From: Octopus bimaculoides
Taxonomy: Eukaryota
Direction: 5' to 3'
Length of the DNA: 33,885 nt
Assembly (NCBI RefSeq): GCF_001194135.2
Contig: NC_068999.1
Location: 26,675,185-26,709,069, forward strand
Shown: positions 22,257-33,885 of the stretch, piece after piece
How positions within the stretch are numbered: position 1 is the stretch's first letter
Layout of the letters: each line of letters begins with the position of its first letter
Program-made: the position numbers and the translations under genes
The notes under the pieces: generated by a model
Told to the model about the DNA's origin: nothing
Database searches by the model: none
What the model saw: the letters and a program-made list of their open reading frames with translations, nothing else

Positions 22257-22819
22257 TTCTGAAAAACATCCCAAGTTTATATTTTACTCTGCAACCAGAG
22301 TAAAATATGAATAATTACTAACACTTGTAACATCAGTTGTAGCAAATTATGGCCAGAAAACCTCTTTAGAAGAATCAGAATTATGTAAACGAAGCTTCCT
22401 CATAGGTGCTGCCAAATTCGTTTAACGAATTTGCCTTATTGACTTCATTATCTCCGAGCAACTATCTCCGATTTCATTTCATTAATAATTAACAGTAAAT
22501 TTATGTAAAAAGAGATTCAAATGTAATCTTACAATGTTAAAAAAGTTTTGAGAAAACGGATACACTGCCGACCACAAATTTGAGTTGGTGAGATTCAGTG
22601 AGCATCTATCGATCTCTTCAATAGGAGATGCTCATTCATAGTCAATGTTCGATTGATTCTTGATCCCATTTATCGATCATCCAGTAATAAGGTAATGTCT
22701 ACATACAGTGTACACAAGGTATTTCAGAACAAACCAAAATACAAAGTAAATAGAACAAATAACTAAAAAACAATGAATTTTTAACACATGTTCAACTGCA
22801 TGCAGTAAGGGAATGGGCC

Positions 22820-23320
22820 ACTCAACAAAATCACTCTCTAGACCAACGACGGCATCGATGTGGCCACGGAAGTAATTCCGTGTTAAGACTAAGCTCCTCC
22901 TGAACGTACTGCCTACTGCGTCCAGAATGGCAGCCTCCACGATGAGCCCTCGGTACTGTGGAGCTACCTGTCAGTCTCGCCAGCCAATGACACCCAGACA
23001 CAATAACCAAGGGAGCTCAAATTAGGAGAGCCAGGAGACCATATGATATTAGTTGTCACCCAGGTCTTGCAGGACATGAAGTACTCTCTTCTCATCGCAT
23101 TAAGTTTGTACTTGATACCTAGTGCATCATACATTTGATAGCGGACTGTCACTTTGAGTTGTTTACCGATAACTCGCACCGACATGTTGGATGAACTCGG
23201 ACTGCCGAAAATATCTCACTCTTTTGGCTGCGGTCTCCTCACCAGAGACCTCCAAATCTTTCCTGACTTTGAACATGAAGGCTCTGGTCACTCTCAAAAT
23301 GGGTATTTCAAGTTATCAGT
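22820..23320 (-). mobile_element. Internally deleted Tc1/mariner-superfamily remnant (maT/DD37D-like)
   Basis: Minus strand WSPGSPNLSSLGYCVWV...AAILDAV...FRGHIDAVVGLESDFVE resembles WPPNSPDLNPLDY.VW...FR.RIEAV...EG.FIE. Confidence 0.65.
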
Positions 23321-23424
23321 GGAGTAAGTGATGGCAGCAGCTTTACCACGTTCTATGCACAGAGAGAACAAATAAACCCAATAATAGAATAATTTTTGTG
23401 AAGCATTGTGAGCTGTAACTTAAA

Positions 23425-23815
23425 GAATGTAGTTGTATAAGACCGAACAATGCGAGAAAGAACAAAGTAAGCTACAAAATGAAAAGAAAATAGAACAAAG
23501 TTGCAGTTTTACCTTGTATTTCTATATTTCGGGGTGAAGACCCCTTCTTCAGGACATTCAGAAAAGCGGTGGTTGGAAAAAGTTTGTTGCTCAAGTGTGT
23601 GTGTGTGTGTGTGTGGGGGGGCTTCCCTGTTCCCCACCTATATCTGAACAACAAACTTTTTTCAATCACCACTTTTCCGAATGTTCTGAAGAAGGGGTCT
23701 TCATCTTGAAATATAGAAATACAAGGTAAAACTGCAACTTTGTGCTGTTTTCTTTTCATTTTGTAGTTTACTTTTGTATCTTCTCGCATTGTTCCGGCTT
23801 TACATAACTACATTC
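23425..23815. repeat. ~170 bp inverted repeat with 50 bp TG spacer and hammerhead-like core in the arms
   Basis: Arms at 23425-23593 and 23644-23815. Minus 23516-23559 reads GAATGTC-CTGAAGA-A-GGGG-tcttca-CCCC-GAAA-TATA-GAAATAC. Confidence 0.85.
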
Positions 23816-24009
23816 CAATTATAGATGTTTGTAGGGAAAAAGATTTTACAGTTGTACACCAGAGAATCAGTCTCTCATTTCAGAGACATATGTCAGAATT
23901 ATTTCGCATTGGTGACCTCCCTAATAACATTTTAAACTTATTTCTACCAGGCGATAAAAAGCCCTGCTCCCATAACCAAAGCTTTATTCAATTTGTACGA
24001 TCATCTTCC

Positions 24010-24432
24010 AAATATACTCTTTTACTCTTTTACTTGTTTCAGTCATTTTGACTATGGCCATGCTGGAGCACCGCCTTTAGTCGAGCAAATCGACCCCAGG
24101 ACTTATTCTTTGGAAGCCTAGTACTTATTCCATCGGTCTCTTTTGCCGAACCGCTAAGTTACGGGGACGCAAACACACCAGCATCGGTTGTCAAGCGATG
24201 CTGGGGAGACAAACACAGACACACAAACATACACACACATATACAAACACATATATATGTATGTATATANNNNNNNNNNCATATATTCGACGGGCTTCTT
24301 TCAGCTTCCGCCTACCAAATCCACTCACAAGGGTTTGGTCGGCCCGAGGCTATAGAAGAAGACACTTGCTCAAGGTGCCACGCAGTGGGAATGAACCCGG
24401 AACCATGTGGTTGGTAAGCAAGCTACTTACCA
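24010..24432 (-). mobile_element. Composite SINE: tRNA head, internal microsatellite, 3' module
   Basis: Head at 24281-24432 (minus strand GTGGTAAG...GGTTCCGGGTTCATTCCC), CA/TA repeat, then a 3' module matching 5285-5482. Confidence 0.8.
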
Positions 24433-24901
24433 CACAGCCACCTACCAAACCTGTAGCTTAAATTCTTCCGCTGTACAACCACGTTGATCTTTAGTTCGAA
24501 GCCAAAGTGATTGTCACGATGGCAATTATTATACTGGGAGATAAAAAAGAAAGTCATGTAAGCCACATAGTCACCCACACTTCCTTAGATATCAGTCTGA
24601 ACAGGATAATGTTTAAAATGTTGTGCTACAGAGCCAATCCAGACAAACGATCCCGAAGCAAGAAGTCAGAAAAGTGGTTTGAAGTAGATTATAAATGATC
24701 TAATCAAGGACTGTTGATTGATCTTTAGGCGAGGCTAAAACACTCTTGACATATAACGCATGAAGTGAATAATTTCATGGCTTATAATCTCGCTAAAATT
24801 GATATTTCTATCTTTTGTAGATTTTGGGCTGGAAACTGTCTACTAAAACCCTTTTCCTCAAGGCTCTGGAAATAGAAGTGATACAGTCAAACACAGTCAC
24901 T

Positions 24902-25040
24902 GACAACAACGATGTCACATAGTATCTTCTGGACATGTCCATCCACATTGATAGAAATAAAAATAAAATTAAGAAGTAGGACATTATTATCAAGGACAGG
25001 AAGGCTACGAAATACATACTTATCGACACAGTTCACTCAT
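24902..25040 (+). mobile_element. R4/Dong-like LINE restriction-like endonuclease fragment
   Basis: Manual translation DNNDVT*YLLDMSIHIDRNKNKIKK*DIIIKDRKATKYILID aligns with the remembered RLE motif E...VTILWD..I.TDR.I.ANRPDIV+KD......LID. Confidence 0.55.
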
Positions 25041-25639
25041 TGTCGTACATCGTGACGATATGAAAGTTTGCTCTGTAGGCGATCGGGCCAAAGATGATAT
25101 GGTCAACCGTCCCACTGTACTGAATGCATAGTCTGCATTTGATGCTTGCACTTTACTTCGTTATTTAATTTTTTTAGTTGCTTGTAACTAAGCACTATTC
25201 TGCAGCTACTTTAAACTTTATGCGTCTACTTTTACCCTTGAGCTTTTGAGTCCTTGTTAGGCTTTACTCTGACATACTTCCGCTTCGTAGTTTTTCTATC
25301 TTGTGAGCTACTGGCCATGGTGTAGTTTTTCTAATATCAAAAAAAAAAAAAAAAAATTTGGGAAATCTATCTTGGTTTTTGTCTTTTGTTTTTCTAACAT
25401 TTTTAGTTGTTTCCCTCGTTATTCGGTGTAATGCTTTATCATTTCTTTACACATAAAGTTATTCCTCCCAAGTTACTTTATTATGCATATCAGTTTTCCT
25501 TTACTTGATTCTATGTATTTTTTTCTCACCCCACTTTTTTAGTACTTTTTCGCCTTTCCACTCCAATTCGCACTTCATCTCATACAGCACACGTCAATGC
25601 AGAAATACTTTCAGTTGTTTCAAATAAACAAAGCCACCA

Positions 25640-26300
25640 GCTGTGTTACTGTGTCTTCCATTACACTTAAACAATTACGTCTCAGAACTTGTCCTTATAC
25701 TCACCAAACTCCTTAATCTCTATGGAGATAAACCTTGATATTTGGAAGCATGTTTCAGTGTGTCCCATTCAAAAGACCTAGCCAACTATCATTTCATTGC
25801 TCTCACTTCTAACAAATTTAACAAGATAATGTGAAGCGACCTACCCTCGTATGTCATGCAACAGTTGCTCTCTCATTTCAGAGAAGTTTGGCGAAAGCAA
25901 TGTTGTGGCTCTTGACATTAGCAAAGCTTTCTATTGGGTCACACATACAAACTTCCTTTCTAAACTGCTAGTTAACGTGTTTCGCACATCTCTCATCTCT
26001 TGGATCAGTTGCTTCCTATCAGATCGCACCATTAAGACATGTACTGGTAGAGCTCTTTCTGCCCCGTTCTCAAACAGCTCGGTGTCCTCCAGGTTTCGGT
26101 TCTGTTTCCCAGTGTCTTCCTTCTATACATTAATGACCTACTCCCTGCCACATCCTATTACATCCACTCTAATACAGATGGCACTTTCCTTATTCATACA
26201 TCACTCACACGCAAACCTAAACAACAGACGTCAAATCTGCACTGGTTCTCTAAATAGAGACTTTGATAGCATCCTCTAGTCTAGCCATGCAAACCTTTTT
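25640..26300 (+). mobile_element. CR1/L2-group LINE RT remnant with internal deletion
   Basis: WKHVSVCPIQ...ANYHFIALTS, GESNVVALDISKAF and SWISCFLSDRTI. Heavily disrupted. Confidence 0.8.
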
Positions 26301-26342
26301 TCCTTTGGCAGTTAAAAAAGAAACTTTAAAAAAGTACTACTC

Positions 26343-26453
26343 TGGTATGCAGCCTCATCTCTCTCTCTCTCTCTCTCTCTCTTTGGTTTTCTATCACTAC
26401 TAAAATGGCCTCTGCTCCTCAAAGCTAGCTGGTTTCGTGCCTCTATCGCTCAG
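26343..26453 (+). repeat. Direct copy of 27081-27263 flanked by a 17-bp duplication
   Basis: Same unique sequence on both sides of a shorter (CT)n, with 1 substitution. TTAAAAAAGTACTACTC at 26326-26342 and 26457-26473. Confidence 0.85.
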
Positions 26454-26604
26454 TAGTTAAAAAAGTACTACTCATATCAAGAAAACACCACCGCCTGATA
26501 CCAACTCTCTAAATATGAGTTGTACTCAGCAAGAGCCTCTGCAACCGTTTCAAATGCTGGGTTTTATTATCAGGATCTCTTCTGGTGGAAGCTCATCGTT
26601 AGCA

Positions 26605-26890
26605 TAGCTAAGACTGCATCGGAGCGATCTGATAGGAAGCAACTGATACAAGAGATGAGAGATGAGCGAAACACATCACCCGGCAGTTTTGAAAGGAAGC
26701 TTGCATGTGTGATCTGATGGAAGGCCTTGCTGATGTCTAGAATTACAACATTGTTTTCGTCTAAAGTGAGAGACTAACTGCTGCGCGACATAGGAGGGTA
26801 GGTCACTTCACATTATCTTGGAGATGTTAGAAATGAGAGCAATGGGACGATAGTTGGCTTAGGTCAGAGAGGTTGCCTCTTTAGTCCTAG
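26605..26890 (-). mobile_element. Inverted paralogous CR1-like RT fragment
   Basis: Reverse complement is roughly 80% like 25770-26030 (ENNVVILDISKAF, SCISCFLSDRS) and shares the same deletion junction. Confidence 0.75.
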
Positions 26891-26899
26891 AGGATATTT

Positions 26900-27300
<401 letters not shown>

Positions 27301-27644
27301 CCTTGGTGGGTCTAACTTCTCATTTACCTGCACCATCCACTATTCCCAATCCGTCACCTCCAGAACATCGTCCCCTTAGAATCTTCTCCTCACTCATATC
27401 TTTTCTGCATGAACATTAACGCCATCGATCTCGCAACTCTCTAAGGTCATGTACTTTTCTCTTTCCACCAGACTCAACAAGTAAAAAAACGAAGAAAGAA
27501 AATTTCAGATTTGTTTCCCAAATTAGTCGTTATAAAGATAATATAAAACCGTCACTCGCAAACGAGAATTACTTGGCGTTAGCATAGACCATTCTTTTGC
27601 CGAAACATTTAAGACGAAACACACGTAGCGAGAGAGAACTACAT

Positions 27645-27780
27645 CAGCACTTGACTTGTAAATTGCTTATTAACCATGAAAGGATGAGAAGTAAAGTTGA
27701 CTTCAGCTGGATTTGAACTCGAGGCATAGAAAACCGCAAGATAATGTATCCGACGATATAACTTTGTCAGTTTACCACCT
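27645..27780 (-). mobile_element. Old diverged copy of the 19939-20146 SINE family
   Basis: TGAAAGGATGAGAAGTAAAGTTGACTTCAGCTGGATTTGAACTC resembles the reverse complement of its head and central domain. Confidence 0.55.
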
Positions 27781-27796
27781 TTGTGCGATGTTGAAT

Positions 27797-27870
27797 GATA
27801 ATGATGATGATGATGATGTTGATGATGATGATGATAATAATGATGATGATAACGACGATGATGAGGATGA
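27797..27870. repeat. (GAT)n trinucleotide repeat
   Basis: GAT/GAC/AAT run. Confidence 0.9.
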
Positions 27871-28781
27871 TCTAAAGAGATTGATAGCCAGTGTAAACGA
27901 GGTAGAGAAACGGTTATAGAATCAGAGAGCAAGTTCACAATTACCTGAAATGGCCCAATAAACTAAAGTGACAAACAGATGCTGTTTCTTTCTATGTTTA
28001 TCGATTAACAGAGAGTAGTAGAAAAATTAGAATACAGAAAAGTTAATTATGGCTCAAGAGAATTATTGTTCTCGAGAAGCTTAAAATTGAAGCAATATTT
28101 TGCAATGACGTCATATCATTCTCAGGCGATACTTGCACATCGAAAAAAAAATAACTGTAGGAGGTCTGTCTGAAATCGAGTATGTTTAAATTTCCTCGTA
28201 AACATCTGATTGCAGGAACATTGCTGTGATTTAGTGCTATAATGTTCTGAGATACTCTCACAATTCAAAAATATTTTTAGACTATTGCTGATATCCATTT
28301 TATATAGTGAAAAATAAATGAAAGACGAACTTCATCTTCAATAGGACAACACTTAGTTGTATTTAACTTTTCCAATGAAACCTAGTATTTTATGCTTCAG
28401 CAGAACTTAGGTTTAATTTATTATTTAGTGTCTTGCTAAGATACATATCAACTCACGATTTACGAAGTGGTAGTCTGATGTATTACCCGATTGGCCATTT
28501 AATCTTTATTACGACAGAACTGTCAGGTTCGGAACCTTATCGTTCAAAATGCTTGCCTGTAATTATGTTCGCAGCTACTGACTTTATAGGGCAGAACTGC
28601 CCTGTTTGGGGAATCATATTGGTCCATCAATATTTAATGTTTGCTCACTAAAAGAAAATGATTATATTCATGCATTGATTTAAATCAACATCCTTGAATG
28701 TAACCCAGATAAATCAAATGTCCTCGGCCGTATTTCGCGTATAGTTCAGGTATCAATTCTAATGGATTTATGAAAATCATG

Positions 28782-29650
28782 TACGAGGTGGTATCAAAAA
28801 GTTCCAGGACTGGTTATGATGAATAAAAAATAACTTATTTATCTAAGCTTTAATATCATCTCCTTCAAAATAGTCACCTGGCGTAGCAATATACCGGTCC
28901 TAGCGTTCCTGCTACTTTTGAAATCCGGCCTGGAAGTCGTTTTCCGTAAGTGAATCGAGGACCTTCTGCGATTTGCTCAGGATCTCGACAACAGTGTTAA
29001 AACGGCGACCTTTGAGCTGCATTTTTATCTTGGGGAAGAGATGGAAGTGTGCAGGAGCTAAATCTAGCGAATAGAGTGTGTGCGGAGCAATACCATGTTC
29101 TTTTTGGCTAGAAATTTACGTGTGAAGAGTGCTCAGTGACAGGGTGCATTGCCGTCGTGAAGAATTCAATTTTTCGCGCGCCACAGATCCGGTCACTTTC
29201 GCCGAATGTTCTCCATCAAATGCTTCAAAACGTCGTTGTAGAACTTTCGATTCACAGCCTGACTCTGGGGAGTGAATTGTCGATGCACAATACCATATTT
29301 CCGGGGTTGACGATCGTTCATCGTATTCCAGGGACGTTCTTCCGCTTTTGAAGCACTCGTGACATTCGAAACATTGCATACAACCCATTGCCTCGTAGCT
29401 ATAAGCTTGCCAAAGCATGCTCAATGTCTCTGTAGCAGACTTCTCAAGTTTAACGCAAAATTTCATGTTGGCTCATTGTTCTGTCCATGACAAAATCGCA
29501 GACTATAGCATACACATGATCACAAAAACACAAATTTCACAACTTGCCTGATGAAGGTCACTGCTAGCTCTCACAGCGCATGCAACCGTGAGCTGTCATC
29601 TGTTGGTGCGCTAGAGAACTAGACCGGGAACTTTTCGATACCACCTCGTA
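28782..29650 (-). mobile_element. 869 bp internally deleted mariner with intact TIRs
   Basis: 27-bp TIRs TACGAGGTGGTATC(A/G)AAAAGTTCC(A/C)GG. N-terminal MKFCVKLEKSATETLSML...FKSGRTSLEYDER fused to a C-terminal HDDNAPCH region. Confidence 0.92.
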
Positions 29651-29759
29651 TGCCATTATTTTCAGTCCTTTTCCACTTTTATGGTAGAAAAGGACTGGAA
29701 ACCAAAGGACATGAACATGGTACACAATATTTATAATATTGGATAAGGACAACTTAGCC

Positions 29760-30230
29760 AGTGACTTTGATGATCATATTTTCGACGGTGACTATTGTGA
29801 TGATATTGACGACGGCGATGATGATGGTTTTAACAATGATGTTAACATAATTTGTGATGATCATAATGACGATGGGAGTGTTGATTGAAAAGAGGAAGCG
29901 GCTTTAGTGAAGGATGACAATGATGGTTTTGGGCTCGATAATTGTGGTAGGGATGAAGTGAAACGTATAGGAACAAAAACAATGACAATGATTAGGGTAA
30001 CAACGCTGATGATGTTAATTTGTAGTGAAGAAGATAGCACTTAAGATGAAGAAAATGATATTGATGGTAGTAGCATGACACCAATGATATTGATAATGGT
30101 GATGATAATGGTGATGTAAACGATGAGAGGGTGACTATGACGATGATGATAGTCACTACGTCGACGTTGGCGCGATGAAAATGATGTAAGATACTTAGAT
30201 GATAATGATAATGCTGAAGACAAACGATTT
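29760..30230. repeat. Degenerate (GAT)-rich low-complexity tract
   Basis: Eroded GAT/GAC triplets. Confidence 0.75.
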
Positions 30231-32539
30231 TACTGTAGGTGTGTAGAAATTACATATATTTAGGACAGATTAGTGCATTGTTATAGAGTGCTACCTGAGT
30301 TTTCAACCTAATCAAACGTTATGAACGACAAGCAAGACTAATTAGTATTGATTAAAATTCCACTATAGAATTCTACGAACTGTTTAATGTTTGACATTTT
30401 ACATTTCGCCAATCATTTGGAATGGTGGTTGTTATCAGCGAGTCACTGTCACACTTTAAGAATAATTCATCAAAGTGATTTAATTACACTATATAAAGTT
30501 TTGAGAGTGTTCTTGTACTTACCCTTTACAATGCATACTATGCTGACAACATTGTAACCTAAGTTAAAGATTTCTAAAGTCATATCCAATTCTAAAGAAG
30601 CGAATATGTTGTGGTTGTTATTTATTTATAATAAAATTGTAAAAGTATTTTATTTTGTTACTGCTCACACTAACGCCATGTTCAGATAAAAAAAAAATGT
30701 CGCGAACCTCTGCTCTATAAAGTAGACCAAACGTAAGTTTGTTATCTATGTGATTTATTCCCTGAATCGCTTTGGGGACAAAATAATGAAAATAGATGTG
30801 ATGGTTATAATTAACGTGGAATTTACTTACAATTACTGATGAAAATTAACGCGAAGAGATCCACCGAGCAACGATTCTCAGTATGAAGGGCTTAATGCTT
30901 CTTGCAGTTGATTATATAAGATAAAGACTGCATATTGTCAAGAAGTAGAGACATGAAAGCTTTGAAATAAAGTAGCCATATACAAATGACAGGTAAGATA
31001 CAGTATAATGATAGGAGAAAAAGTGTTGAATTTACGTTAGAATGCTATAGATTTTGTAACTATTTCGCGAGGTCTTCGGAAAATATTACCTTTTTGTTTT
31101 TGCAAGTCTTGATATATGTGAGACTACCATCACCATTGATGGCAACTGCATGCACATCAAGAGCAGCAGCAACAGAGACAGAAACAATAACAATAGTAGC
31201 AACAAGAGTTGATAAAAACTACAAAACACAGCAACAACAATGACTCGCCAGTGAATTTCTGAATTACACAGTTCTCTGAAAGGAGAAAGCGGAATAAATG
31301 GACAATGTACACTAACTTAGGCGAAAGCCACAAATTCGCGAATAGGGAGTGTTTTGGTGGAAACCACACCAGAAGCGTATCATTTTCCTAAGATGATGTG
31401 GAAAATCTTAAAAACATTTTAGACAACAGGATTTTGTGGAGGATCTTTTCAAAAGTCCCCAAAAAACAAGATCAGGATAATTGACCTTCTCTCCTATTTA
31501 TTTGTTTTCTTCTCCTCCTATTCAAATTGCCTTACTGAAAGTTGGCAGTATTAATATGAGCGGCTTCAGACTGTATGAACGCAGGGACACCTGCTCAATG
31601 ATTTCACATCGCTATGCTTGAGTGTGCTAGCTAGCTATTAGCAGGATCAGGATTTTCGAGATGAAATCGCTCAACCTTCTTCTGAACGATTATGAGGCTT
31701 ACGTCTCTTTCAGTTGATCTAGATCGAGAGGCCTTGTAGAACTGTTTCGAAAAGACTTGAACCTAGAGGTAAATACAATTTTCCTGGTAAATCGGTTGCC
31801 CTGGACGAGAGTAGCAGTTAAAGGCGACAGAATTCTGGCCGTTTACGCCCTGACTGAAGCAGATACAACAGATTTCTTTAGATGTGCAGAGATTATTCAT
31901 AGGAACATCTCGCTCATTAGTGTTAGTGGGTAACTCAAATGACATTTTGCACGCATGCAAGGAGTGTGTGGATGTGGCCGATAGAGACAGGTACACAAGT
32001 CTTGCTAACCTCAGCTACTTCCAAATGTCTGATAGGTTTCACTTTGATTTTCCAACTGCAGCGAGTCATCAAGATTGTATTTAGATGGAATTTTTGTTAA
32101 GCTACCAAATAGGATTAGTGTAAGTTGTTTTCAATCTCTGATAACTGACTACAGAAGTTGAACGCATCATTCCCAGTACTGAAAGATTTCAGGGACCAGA
32201 TTTGTAACTAGTCAAGCGGGTGTTGACGAGAGCCATTACCATCAACAGGTCATGCTGAAGAGAAAAATCAGAATAGCATCGTTTAGCACCAATAAAGAAA
32301 CGACTACAGAAAGCACCAAAGTAGAGAATGTATTAATTAGCCGTTTAGAAGAGGTTCTAATAAAAGGAATATAACAAACGACATGGCAGTAGCGAGAATG
32401 GCCCTTGATTTCTTCGACTTAAAATAAGAATGAAACGTTGTCTCTGCTAAGGCGCGTGTGCTGAAACATGAGATTACGAAAGTCGTTCGATGGACCTAAA
32501 TGGCAGAAGAGCATATATATAATAAATAAACAGATAAAT

Positions 32540-33885
32540 GACTACATTTCATGGCCTGTTTTAGGCCGACATGGAATTGAAAAATGTAATAAAAATGGAG
32601 TAGCTCTTTTGACGTTTTATACTGTTAATAATCTGTTATCAACACTCTGTTTAAGCAGAAAAATAAATATATAACCACCTGAATGCACCAAAGATCCAAG
32701 GACTGGTATCTCATAAATTATATTTTGATCAGAAAGTGTGATATGATGTTTCTAGTGTTCGGGTCATGTGAAGAGCAGAAAGCTGGACTGATCATCGTCT
32801 TGTGCGTGGAAAAATCAATTTTTTTGATTATACCTAAAAGTCGACAGTCTGGTCCTGCGGTACCCAAAAAGTTAAATGTTACAAGCTTCAAATTATCAAT
32901 CAGCTTGCAAAGATTCCACGAACTATAGAAAGTATCAATCTTGATCCAAACAATCAATGGGAAGATTTCAAAACAAAAGTATTTCAGGCTGCAAGTTCTT
33001 CAGTGGGATTTAAATTACCAACCAAGGTTAAAGGATCTGTATGGAATTTTTCGTGGGATTTCGCTTTTACCCTTTTTTTGTTAGAACGTTTATATTCCCT
33101 CATAGTTCCAAATATAGTGTCTGAGTCTCAATGTGGTTTTCACCTCTCCAGGGGCACGGTTGATTGTAAATTCACTATCAGACAATTTCAGGAAAAGTGC
33201 ATTGAACAGAATCTTGCCGTATACTACTGCTTTGTTGATTTAAGCAAGGCATTCGATACTGTTAATCGAAATGCTCTGTGGCTAATTCTAAGGAACATAG
33301 GTTGCCCAGAAAAATTTGTAAACATGATCAGGGCTTTGCATCAAGACATGAAGGCTAGAGTTAATTTTGGTGGTAGGCATTCCGAATCTTTTGCTGTGGA
33401 AAATGGAGTAAAACAAGGAGACCTTGATGCACTCATTCTCTTTGCAATATACTTTGCTGTTGTGCTGTCACACGCTTTTCAAAACTCCGAGGAGGGTATT
33501 TACATAAAGTATCGAACAACAGGGTATGTTTTTAATCTGACCAGACTGAAGTTCAAAACAAATGTTTTTACTTCACTCATTAGGGAACACTTATATGCTG
33601 AATATTGCGATCTAGTCAGTCACCCTGAAACAGGCCTGCAATCTCTTGTATCTGCATTTGACTCAGCTTGTGATGATTTTGGCTTGACCATCAACTTGAA
33701 AAAAAACAAAAAAAAAACAGTTGTGATGTATCAATCTGCACGTGGTACTATTTGCAACCCCGCTAAAAATTTCGTTAAGGGTACGTTACTTGAGGTTGTT
33801 GACTCTTTCATCTATCTCGGAAGTTCTGTACAAAATGATGGAAATCTGGGCACAGAAATGCATCTGCAAATTCAAAGGGCAGCGC
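32540..33885 (+). mobile_element. RTE-clade LINE remnant (APE endonuclease and RT), running off the window end
   Basis: Endonuclease: LGRHGIEKCNKNGVALL and SWTDHRLVRG. RT: ESQCGF, FQEKCIEQN, FVDLSKAFDTVNR, GVKQGD, LYAEY, GLTINLKK and FIYLGS. The frame is open from ~33050 to the window end. Confidence 0.92.

Noticed and set aside
27713-30223. Poly-Asp and poly-His ORFs
   Set aside because: Translations of (GAT)n repeats.
31560-31760. Possible minus-strand CR1 3' end fragment
   Set aside because: Only a vague SFRRRLSDFIS resemblance, not enough to call.

Overview
Repeat-saturated, AT-rich eukaryotic DNA, most likely intergenic or intronic. The SINE and transposon families resemble those I recall from octopus genomes; this is an inference and no search was run. 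Seven N-gaps are present. I found no intact host gene, rRNA, true tRNA or CRISPR array. The window is a mosaic of decayed mobile elements: tRNA-derived SINEs, four Tc1/mariner remnants, Penelope-like retroelement (PLE) fragments of at least two types, a Helitron helicase 3' end, CR1-, RTE- and R4/Dong-like LINE fragments, and microsatellites. Three things stand out. (1) A ~2.1 kb Helentron/DINE-1-type non-autonomous element (about 555-2645) whose termini enclose a decayed ~460-codon LINE-ORF1/Gag-like gene (RRM-like region, CCHC knuckle, unrecognised C-terminal domain) with no ORF2. (2) Several unrelated fold-back elements (4935-5235, 14074-14235, 23425-23815) whose arms each carry a minimal hammerhead-ribozyme-like core, the motif known from PLE termini. 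(3) Two local templated duplications, one inverted and one direct. All coordinates were counted by hand and may be off by a few bases.
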